Source: Mobula hypostoma (taxonomy: Eukaryota). From it: DNA of 64,000 nucleotides. Below the pieces are notes generated by a model, which saw nothing but the letters and a program-made list of their open reading frames with translations, made no database searches and had not been told where the DNA came from. Numbering within the stretch: the stretch's first letter is position 1; every line of letters starts with the position of its first letter. Location of the stretch: contig NC_086108.1 of assembly GCF_963921235.1 (NCBI RefSeq), positions 49,540,001-49,604,000 on the forward strand, given 5' to 3'. Shown here piece by piece: positions 41,001-53,000 of this stretch. The translations under genes were made by a program, and so were the position numbers.

Positions 41001-44000
41001 CTTTACAATACAACCACGACAAGGGGTGATAAGATACCAAAAATAATTTCTTTTTGCAAGTGGTAAAGGTTGGAAATTACTAATTATCATGTTATGTAAT
41101 GTGACTAGTGAGTATACACTGCACATTCTCCATTACATAACGGAAGAGAATGGCTCCTATTATACGTCCAATGATTGTACAGTGATTGCTTGCATAATTT
41201 CTTTGTGCAGTTTAATTTTGTGATGGCATCCATTAGTCTTGCGAGACCATTGATCTGCCCCTGGAAAGTCCGTCTGTGTTGTACCGTCGCAGTGAGGCGA
41301 CGCTGGAGTGTCCTCTCCAGGGTGCAGGCCTGGACAAGGTTGTATGGAAGACTGGCAGTTGCCCATGCAGCAAGTCTCCCTTCTCTATGACACTGATGTT
41401 GTCCAAGGGAAGGACAACGGCCGATACAGCTTGGCACCAGTGTCGTCACAGGAATTGCCAGAACGAGGTTGAAGGCAATGTCAGACTGCCTTAGGGACTC
41501 CAGCTCTGGATTTGTCCTCAGGGTTTACTACTGAAGCCTTCCCCATGAGTGGGTATGGCCACAAGGCAGTGGAGGTTTGAAATCAGAGTTTTCCCTCTCC
41601 TAGATGGACTGCCTTCCCAGGCTGACAAGCTCCATCTACCCGAAGCACTGGTTTTAAGGCGCCAGGACCCGCCTTCGCCCCTTCTCCTGTCAGTAGAAAC
41701 AGTTCCACGGGGCTTAGAGGCTAAGCCACACGAGAAGGCCAGGAGTTGGACTTGGTTGTCAGAGGCTATTTGAGGCGCATGCAGTGAGGAGCACCTTTAG
41801 GTAGTGGGAGCTTGTCCCCACTACCACTCCTCCGCTTGACAACCTTGGAACAGTTTAATATTAGTGTTTAATTTACTGATTTCAGCTAATCTGGGATATT
41901 GCTGAAAAAGACATAATTAATTGTCATTAAAATTACAAAGAGCTTGTAATTTACTAGCCTTGGTTTGTGCACAGGTACTGAAAACTGGAAAGCACAGCAT
42001 CGCTGGGGTTCTGATCTCCCTCTCATGAGATCATCATCATCTCGTGACGTTATTCTTCAGGCTGAAGATGAATACCCGGTATACTTTGTTGCTCCAGGTG
42101 AGATGAGAGCAATTACAGGCACTGCGTGCAATTTGTTAATTCTGGTTCAATTATATGATGCATGCTTTGATAAACCGCCCATCTGAAATTGCATGCAATA
42201 TCTCAGCATTTAGAATGCTCTTATCATTCAACTTTGTGTTCTCTTACTCAAACACTTTTACTATTTTGATTAATTTTGAGCTCGCTTCAAGAATCAGCAA
42301 CTTTCAATTTTGCAGTCACAAGTGGATTGTCAGTAACTCTAATTGTCAGTACTTTACAAAACAGGTAGAGAGGGTGGATTTCCACTTTTGCTAGAATTGT
42401 AATGTTAATCAGTATTTTGACCATGACAACTGACACAATCATTTTTGATACTGATTTTGTTTCTTACATTCTTAGCTGAAGATAAGTAACATATCTATGT
42501 GAGATTTTTATGTTAAAGGGAATAATATAGAATTAAGTTTCAGAATATTGGCTTGTCCATTTAAGACAGAAAGGCAGAGGAATTCCCTCAGAGAATTATG
42601 AATCTCTCCAATTTTCTACCCCAGAAAGCTGAACATGGAGTTGCTGACTGCATATGAAGCTGAGTTAGACAAATTATTGTACTACTGGGGAATCATGGGT
42701 TGCAAGGAATGTGGAGTTGCTGAAATTGGCACAGACATGATTTTATTGATGGATAGAGCCAGTCTGAGTGGCCATATTGAGAATTCCTACCCCTATCTCT
42801 TAGATAGCTGTGGGCTGCTGCGCATTAGCAGTAGGATGCTGTGTAGGCCTTAACAATTAGGTGGGAGCTGGTCTCCCTTTGAAAGGCTGCCCTTTGGCCT
42901 TCACAGGTAAAAACAGCATTTTCCTGATGGTGCACAACCCAGTCGTGACTTCACCAGCTGGTAATCGAAAACAGTGATCAAGTGTGGGATGGCTTGCTGT
43001 TTCTCCTGCTTCACAATAAATGCTATAAGAAAAATCATTAAACAACTGAATTTGTTATAGCTATGAACTGAAAATAGAGCCAATTTTAAGGCCTGTTTCA
43101 GCTTGCTATTATGTAGGTTGTAAAGATCGTTTCTCATTTTCCACTTCTTTCCGTCTTTAGCCAAGTTCCTTGGAAATCAAATGTTGAGTTATGGGCAAAA
43201 TCTCTCCTTCACATTCTACTTGGAAAGGGATGGTGCCTACCCATCAGTGGAAGACCTAATCCTGGAAGGAGCCAGTCAGACACTAACTGCACAAGTGAAC
43301 GCACAAGGCAATCCAATGCCATCCACGAACAAGCAAACATACAATTACAGGTAGACAAAGCAGATGTTTGGATAGCAAGTATTTAAAAGTTCAGTTGATG
43401 AATAATTCTGATTGAACTGTGATTAAATAAAACCAACCAGATCACCTCCACCACATTGAGCACCAACTACAATTCCCGGTGAATACCCCTGTTGTGAACT
43501 AAGGCATAGTGCTTATTGGGATTGAGTGGGAACAACTATCATTAAGTCCACAGTATGTTACCAGAAGGTAGCTCTTACAATGGCCATATAATTAACTTTG
43601 TTGTAATCTTTAAAGAATTGATAGAATAAACCATTTACTGTTTATTTGTTATTAAGAGTCATGATTGTAAAATTTTTCTGTTGGTATTTTGTTTAGTAAT
43701 CAAATGATGTAAGACTATCTGACTATCTTAGATAATTTCCTTTTGTTTCTGTAGGCTCCATGAGGCTCTGGAGTATGGATGGAAGCCATTTATAACCTCT
43801 TTTGAGTTCCAGCGGGTGCTCAGTAATCTCAGGGCCATCAAAATCCGTGGTACCTACACCCAACGGAGTAAGTCCGTGTAAAGCTCCCTTGAGCTGGGGT
43901 AAATTAAATGTAGGAAGCACAATATTGCAAAGCAAATCAATTCATCAGAGAACAACCAAAATATGTTCAAAGGTTTAGGTGAATATGTGAAGCAGATGTA

Positions 44001-47000
44001 AAAAAGTTTGAAGCATCAATCAATATTTGTGTTCATCTGTCAACAGATTAATACAGTATCACAGCTATTACATTCAGGCAGATGGTCCCAATCAATTGTT
44101 CCCGTGCAGATACTTGGACCGGTTTGGTTACTTTCGGTGGACACTTTCTCAGCTCCTAATTAACTTCAAGCAGATGTCAAAGATATTGGAAAAGCAAAAA
44201 AAGCACTAACACAAGCCAATGTTATAGGAATTTTAGTTTATTATTATTTTTAAGCCATAGAATCATAGTTGTTTAGGCCTGCTTCTCTGCAATAACCCTA
44301 CTTTATTCGTCACCACTTTCAACACATCTACTCCCAGATTTTGCCACTCCCTTTTATACCAGGGGCAGTTTATAATGGCCCATTAATCTACCATCTGCAC
44401 ATTCTTGAGATGTGGGAGGAAACAAGAAAATCAGGTGAAAATCAGAAAGAACATGCAATCTCCACACAGACAACACTGGACATCAGGACTGAAAGTGGGC
44501 CACTGGAGGTCTCAGGCAACTATTTACTATTTGTGTCATATGTAAAAGGCTGCAGATGCCCTAAGTCTGAAATAAAGGCAGAAACTGCAGCTCAGACAGT
44601 ATCTGCAGAGAGAGAAAAATAGTTCATGTACCAGATCAATGTCCTTTCATCAAAAATGGAAGTTGCTTGTCAGCATTTTTAGTGGTTTTTTTCATATAAT
44701 TCTATTCTTTTTTCCCCCTGTTTTTCAGTTTATTTATTGTATAAGCTTAGCAATCAATGAAGATTGGAATCTTTGGGCAAACTGCAAAAGCTGACAACTT
44801 CTCTAACATAGAAAAACTTATATTTTCAATGGGAATGGCAATGTTGAAAGATGATAAAGTGCAATTTTGACATAAACGTGGTGCCTCTGATTCTGATATC
44901 CTTGCTGAGCAATCCATTGCCAGATTGTATGACTAGGAACCCTTACACTAGGTTTCTGCATTTCCAGGGCACATTAATTTCAGCTGTCGGCACAAATGGC
45001 ACTCGCTTTGATCCAGATTAGAAGAAAACAAAATGAGCCAGCCATTCCTGCTACTGCTCAGTAACTGGTGATTCCTGGCTTTCCTCTTCAGTGAGCCCAC
45101 AGCAATGAAGAATGAGCCATGATAACGGGCCTCTCCTTTTCTACGCCGATCCACGTACTTCCCCAATAAAGGCAGAGTTGCTTTGAGTCCTTCCATTTCC
45201 CCCAAAGTACTAATGGACGTTTCTTTAGAGGAATGGATGGACTTTTCATCCAGATCTACTTTATCTGATAGACATAGGGAAGATTCAGGAACCTTTAAGG
45301 AATCTAACAAGTATTGGATTCCATCTTTTGAGAGTTGCTTAAGATTTGCAGACGCCCTACTTTCTCCCTGAGAGTTGTGGATGGCAGCCAATGACTTTCA
45401 ATGCTTCTAGACCCATAGCTGACATATCGTTGTCCGGCCTCTGTGAAGGGCTTGGACAAGGATTGGGTTTAAGCCAGGTCTCTGGAAAGTTGAAATATCA
45501 ACATGTTCAGGTTGTGCAGGTAAACTGCACTTAAAGATCTAAGCTTAGGAACCAAGTGGCTCAGGCTAGAACATCAGTGTTGCTCCAGGGATTCTTATTC
45601 TTTGCCTTCCTCATTTCTATTTTGTAATGTTCAATGCAGAAGGGCATTTTAGATGTACTGCTTTAGGTTGCTCAGTAAGAGCACTATTAAAGCCTGACTG
45701 AATGCACTTACAAGCAGTCAACACATAGTTGAATATAAGCATAGTACTTTCTCAGTGTTATTAAACTACTGAAACATGTAATAGTTCAGCAATATGGTAC
45801 TGAGAATAAACTGAATACTTTGTATTCTAGGTCCTGGCCACATTGATAATGTAGTCCTGCACACCGCCCGAATTGGCAATGGAAAACCAGCTCAGTGGGT
45901 AGAGAAGTGTACGTGTCCAACGGGTCATGAGGGGCGATTCTGTGAGAAATGTGCAAAAGGTTACACAAGGGAAAGTCGTCATCTCGGACACTTCAGCCGT
46001 TGTGTGCCATGTAACTGTCAAAGCCCCAGTGAGACCTGCGACCCAGAAACTGGTGAGTCTGCTGATAAACTGACTCTGGAATGGGAGACTCTTATCTACG
46101 TCTCTCCTCCTAATAAACACCTGTGGGACTCTTGGTGAAAGTAGAGTACTGGGAGAGAAATTCGTATGGAATGTTACGGAAATACACAAGGACAGAAACT
46201 CATTTCCGGTTGCTTGTACTAAATACATAATAATTGTTGTGACTGCATGCTGACCTCCACTTACAAAATTCAGCTCTATCCATCAACTTCAAATGTGCTA
46301 ATGTCTTGATGTTCTTGGTTTTTCTTTTTATAAAGATTACACTTATAAAACAGTAGACATTAAATAAATCTAATGTTTACCTGCAATATACACTTTTTAA
46401 TGCCTGATCAATATTCCATGATATTTGATGTCAGTTTGCTTTTACTTATTCCCATTGGTCAATTTGTCAAGGACGTCAATAGAACAACTGAGTAACACCA
46501 GGTATTAGTAAGTGCTGAGTTCAACATTGAGAATACCTTTGTCACTCTATCAGAAAAAGGATGGGAAGGATCTATCCAAGATGTTTCTAGCTCTTATAGA
46601 AATGAGTTGCCAGGAAAAGAGCAAATATCTAATTTTAGCCGGAATAAGTGGGGATACAGATCAATGAAAGACTGTGTGAAATTAATTAAATATTTAACAC
46701 AAACAATGAGCACTGAAGTAGATGACAACAAGGGAAGGCAGCTGCCTTGGTGTCAGATGGTTGCCTTAAACAGAAATTTGTTCAGTTCATGTTGGAAAAA
46801 GGGAAAATGCCCATTTGTCCAGTTGACAAATTCTTGAATTTTTTTTCCTGTTGCATTCTAGGCTCCTGTTACACCAGTGATCAATCCAGAAACCAATGCC
46901 CACATGGTTACTACCTTAATCCTTCTGAACCAAGTGGGTGCAGTGTCTGCCCTTGTCCTGCAGGTACAGGTTGCACTGTGGCACCAGATGCAAGGGAGGT

Positions 47001-50000
47001 TATATGTGTGGGCTGTCCAGATAAAACAATGGGTAAGTGTTGGCTACATCTATCAACCTTAAATGTGTTAAAGTTGCTATTTTTAAGAGCACATGAAAGA
47101 AGCACGACAAAAAGTACTTCAAACAAAGGAAATACACTGTTATATACAACTCAGGTTAGAACCATTTATCATAAGTGGCACAGCCATATAACATTATCCA
47201 CCTTGTATGTGAATGCCCTAAGAAAATCTACCCATTATGCCAGGCTGTGTTGTATAACATTCTTAAAACATCATCTATATGCAAACATTTCCAGATGTAA
47301 ATCAAGATGGTTTCAAAGTCCCAGCTCTTAAGTCATTGTTAACTTGTCCAAATTGGGTCTTGGTCTAAACATCCATAAACAAAGATCATCTATCTGTCTG
47401 TCCCATTGCAGAGCACTGCCCTACCCAACTCCACCCCCATCACCCCCAACAATAAAGGTCCAGAACAAGACATTGGCAAATTAAGAACACAATTAGTGAT
47501 TAAATATACCAAGACCTCCAATGAGCTGGCTGTCTGAATAAATATGTGTTAGATGATCATAATATCAAACCTGGCATGTGTACTGGACTACAGAGATCAT
47601 GACATGGCACCAAGAAGAACTGCAGAGATACTACCAATGATCTCTTAAAGTATTTTTCAAATCTACTGGCTGGATGACACCAGACTCCCAAAGCAGACAT
47701 TGTACTCCGAACTCCATCATAGCAGGAAATTATCTGGAAACAATAAAGGAACATTCTCTGAAAAAAATTGTAAAATCTTCACCAATTCCTGACCCTTGAG
47801 TGCTGAAAACAGTAAACATGCTGGAAACATTAATTCTTCATTGTAACTACGTAAAGGGCAAGTGAGTGTGGCAGATAGTACACAACATCCCCATCAAATG
47901 CTTCATCAAGCACCTCTACATCATCTGTGGCAGACTTCATTTAGCCCAGAGATCATGCAAGCTCCATCCTGAGGGACCGTTTGTGATGAGGAAGAATTGA
48001 GATAAAACCTTATTTAAAAGATACAGTAAATTACATTGAAATGTATTTCATCGCATCCAGAAGTGAATTAACCTATGTAATACTGCATTTATAACTGTTA
48101 TTGTACCTGTTTTTATAGCATCAGGCATAGCAATACAGTACAAACTTAAACAAAAAATAAGATGCTCCATATAAACTGCATTTTGATTACACTTTGGAAC
48201 TCCTTTAATATCTCCCAAAATGTTGTGGCATTAATATTTTTGTTTTGCCATCAATCTTGTTCCTGAGACATTATCGTTACGTGAAGCTAGTTATTACCGT
48301 AGATCGGTTTATGTATTGAATATACTAGATCTCACTGTTAGAACATCATCATCATCATCATCAGGTGCCATGCTCAGTTTGAGCTTTGACTGGAATGGCC
48401 CACACACTCCTGTTTCGGTTCAAGTGGATCAATTCATTGGTATTCATTTCCAGTTCTCTGGCTTCTGTCTCCATCATCATTTGCCTTTGTCTTCCTTTTG
48501 CTTTCTTCCCTTCAGTCTTTCTCATAATTACCGTACATTCTAACTCCTCTTTCTTAATCACATGTCCAATGAAGTTACGTTGCCTTTTCATGATCTCATA
48601 AATTATTTCTCTTTTTGTGTTTGCTCTGTTCATGACATCCTCATTAGATATCCTCATTATAACACTCAGTCAATAATTGCATCATTTATTCAAAGTACCT
48701 CCTGGTTTACCACAAGAGAGAACTACAATGAAGCAAATAATTTCACCATCACTACACCAAAATCATACCTAACAAATCCTTTCTTAGTCACTAAATTAAC
48801 ATAGAATTGTGATGAGCTTAACTTTTCCCATTCATAGTTCAGTATTCAGATTACAAATGGTTAACCACTCCGCATTGATAATTTAACATAACACAACATA
48901 TCTACTGTATGTGAGAAGAACACATATTAAAGTCATTGGTTGTTTCGGGAAATGATGGTTCCAGGATAACATCCCATGCACCATCAGTTTATAGGCCATA
49001 CCACTCAGGGACTCAGGCTATATTTTTTGTGACTGTATGTTTCTTTGCTATCATAACTACCTGTATATACTATATATGCAATGTGCTCTGTGTTGGCCCT
49101 GAATAAACGCTGCTTTGTTTGGCTCCATACATGTGTATGGTTGATTGACAATTAAACTTGTAGTTGAACTTGCTTTGGCTAAGAATGATTAGTGTTTAGT
49201 TAACACCAAAGTTCAAGTTTCAAACACAGGCAATCTTCATTCCTTGATCTAATTGCACCATTTTCCTAGGTAAACAGTGTGAAATGTGTGAAGAAGGGTA
49301 CTTTGGAAACCCACGAGCAGGTAGACGCTGCAAACCTTGTGCATGCAACAATAATGTGGATCCCAATTCAATTGGGAACTGTGACCAGTGGACGGGGGAA
49401 TGTCGGAATTGTCTCTACAATACTGCGGGACATCACTGCGAGAGGTGCAAACCTGGATTCTATGGAAACGCACTTGCCTCTAATCCATCAGAAAAGTGCA
49501 AACGTAAGAACTGCTTTTAAATTTTATATGTGCTTGTCTTTGTGCAATTAATTTCATGCACTGAATCTGCAAAACTTTAGGTTAGTTTTGCATTAAAGCA
49601 AACTGTAGCCACTTCATGTTCTCATTTGATTCAATTTTTTTCTAATCAAGTCACTACATTAAGGCTGCTAAGTTAGAAGTTCTTTTTACATTGCTGGATT
49701 GTGATCCACATATGGCAGATATCCAGTGAGACATCCATTCTTCTTTCTTTTCAAATCTTTTTATTGTTATGTTATACAGGAAAAATAACATGAGTACATT
49801 GAAGTAACAACACTTACAATGCCTCAAAAAAGACATTATCTTAAAGATTGAAAAAAATTTTGTGATAACAAAAAAAACCTACTAAGCAGAAAAGTGAGAG
49901 AAAAAAGAACCCATTAGGTGTACAATCCCAGAGTCATGCATCATACAAAAAGCTTCTAAAAATAAACATCAAACCGCCAACAAGAGAAGAAAATATACTC

Positions 50001-53000
50001 AAAAATTTACAATTAGATCGTGGAAAAATTATATCAATTAACTCAAATGATAATAACGAGCAAATGAGCCCCATCTTTTCTCAAAATCAAATAAAGGTTC
50101 AAAGGTTCAACTTTTAATTTTCTCCAAACTAAGACATAGCATCACTTGAGAGAACCACTGTGACAAAGTGGGAGCTGATGTATCCTTCCACTTCAACAAT
50201 ATGGCCCTCCTAGCTATCAATGTAACAAATGCAATAACATGTATTATTACAATGGGATAAGCATCCTTTATCTAAGATTAAACAGGATTGGGAAAAGGAA
50301 CTTAATTTGACTTTTATGACGGAGGATTGGATGCGGATATTGAAGTTGGTTAACTCTTCTTCAATTTGTACTAGCCATTCATTGATTCAATTTAAAATTG
50401 TACATCGTTATCATTTGACAAAGGAGAGACTTTCTAAAATCTTTTCTAATGTTGATAGTCATTGTGATAGATGTAAAACTGAGATAGCTACACTGACACA
50501 TATGTTTTGGTCTTGTTCTATATTAGAACAGTTCTGGAAGTCGGTTTTTTCAACAATTTCTGAAGCACTTAAAATTAATTTACAATCTAATAAATTAACT
50601 GTGCTTTTTGGAATAATTCCTCAAAATATTCATGGTATTTCTGTGTCTGAGACATCCATTCTTACTAGTTTGGAATGAGCTCAGTTTTTCAGCGGTTAGC
50701 CATTGTAAAGGGGATAACCATCTGCGGATTTGTTGACAAGGCACAGAACTAGTCTGAGACCAAGTGTTTAAGGACCTAAATAGAGGAAAAGTTGTCTCCC
50801 TCCACAGAGCTCCTCACAAACTGTATCATCAATTCCCGTTGCCTCCTGACAACTTTCAAATGGCAACTATCAAAACCATCTCCCCCTCCCCCTTTCAAAT
50901 CCCTTACTCACTCTTCCTTCAGTTAGTCCTGACGAAGGGTCTCGGCCTGAAACGTCGACTGTACCTCTTCCTAGAGATGCTGCCTGGCCTGCTGCGTTCA
51001 CCAGCAACTTTCATGTGTGTTGCTTGAATTTCCAGCATCTGCAGAATTCCTCGTGGTTTATGTATCAAAAGTGATAATCATATTCTTTTAAACACAATTA
51101 AATATATTCAATTGTGACAACGGCCAAGAATTGTTTAGTGGCAATCAACGTTAAAGAGTGGTGGGGATGGTAAGTAAGGCCACGAGTGGGTGAATGACTG
51201 GTGGGAAAAATAAGTCAAACTCAAGGTAATAACTTCACAAGCAAACTTTCCCACATTTTTGTGCTCTCCCTTGCAACATTAGGCAACGTATTGTATGAAA
51301 TGCAAACTCTCTTCTCCCACGGTCAATGGATTTATTAAGGTGACTGAACAGGCTGCTTGAATGTAAGATTAACTGTTTCATTAATAAAATAGTTGTTTTA
51401 CAATAAAGGAGTGAGACATTTGTTATGCTTTAGTTTCCATATTCCATTACTGCAGGTTTTCTCTAAACTTTTGAGAAGTATTGTATCAAAGAAAGTGAAG
51501 GAACAGACCTTAATTAAAAATAATGTTACTTTTGCAGCATGTAACTGTGACCCAAGAGGTTCTTGGTCCTTACAGTGCAGGGGTGATGGGACATGCAGTT
51601 GTAAGCCAGGAGTTTTTGGAGATCAATGCAACCAGTGTGCAGGAAACTCTTATTACAACAGCACCACAGGCTGTGAGGTTTGCCCTGACTGTTACCTATC
51701 AGTAAAAAACAAGGTAGGTGTCTGCTTTCAAGTTCCCAAGAGCTTGAAGATACTGTTTACTGTATATTCAATACCTTGATAGTGTTGACTAAGAGCAAGG
51801 CTTATGACAAAAGTTATTACTTTCTGAAAATGCCAGCCTACATGTTGATCTTACTGGCATGTCTGCTAATATGTTCTGCTGATAAAAAGAATGAGTAAAA
51901 TAGGGAAACCAATATTGAAATTTGAGTCCAAAAATGGAAAGTAAAGATTAAAGGCATCAGCCTGCTTACAGTATACATACCACATGTATTGTAAAGGACC
52001 ATTCTGTAAATCTTTCAAATTTTAATGTGATAAGATTTTATTTTAATTCAGAAATAAGATTAGATTAGCTTCATTTGTCACATGTACATCAAAACATCGA
52101 AGCATATAGTTATATGCACTGTTGTGTCAATGACCAACACAGTCTGAGGATGTGCTGGGGGCAGCAAGTAAGTGTCACCATGTTTCTGGTGCCAACATAT
52201 CATGCTCACAACTTAGTAACCCATTCATCTTTAGAACGTGGGAGGAAAATACAAGTGGGAGGTACTAAGTTTTCATAATCTGACATATACAGTAGGCTAT
52301 AATTAATATAGAACAAACAATTTTACCATAAAGAAGCTTGTAGGGTATGATAGATTCAAGACCACTATTTAAGTGATAGTATGATCTTGGAGCATATATT
52401 AACAATCATGCACATTGGCACTGTTCCCCTCAATGTTGCTATCATGGGTAGGTGTTGACTCAATGACACCTAGCCTGTTCCATTGAGGTCAATTATCAAT
52501 GTTCAATGCAGTCATGAAAATCACTTCCAGGAAATGCATTTACTCTTTAGCCAGGTGATTATAGCAACTATTATTCTGCATGAAAGTAAATTTCAACAAA
52601 CATCAGTTCACTCTGATAATTAGATTCACCATCTTGTAGTTTTGGAAACTGGTCAAAGGCAGGACCACATCAGTTTCTGATGTGTCATTTTATATAGTTA
52701 GATAGATACTTTAACATAAAAAACATAGAAAACCTACAGCACAATACACGCCCTTCGGCCCACTATGCTGTGCCAAACATGTGCTTACTTTAGAAATTAC
52801 CTGGGGTTACCCATAGCCCTTTATGATTTATTGATCCCAAAGGAAATTACAGTGTCACACTAGCATTACAAGTGCACAGAAATACAAATATTAGAAGAAA
52901 ATTAAAAAAGAATTTTAAAAAATTTACCTTAAAAATAAGATGTATAAGGTTTCCAAGTTCACACTGATAAGATGGTAGTGCAAGAATTACTGTAATTTTA

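Noticed and set aside
44948..45391. 147-aa antisense ORF in intron 8
   Set aside because: Starts at TTG just after a stop, has no recognisable domain, and the nearby minus-strand acceptor does not open into this frame. A BLASTx hit would reopen the question.
46747..47331. 194-aa ORF as a single long exon
   Set aside because: Only 46862-47032 is laminin-like and bounded by splice sites; the rest is intronic read-through.
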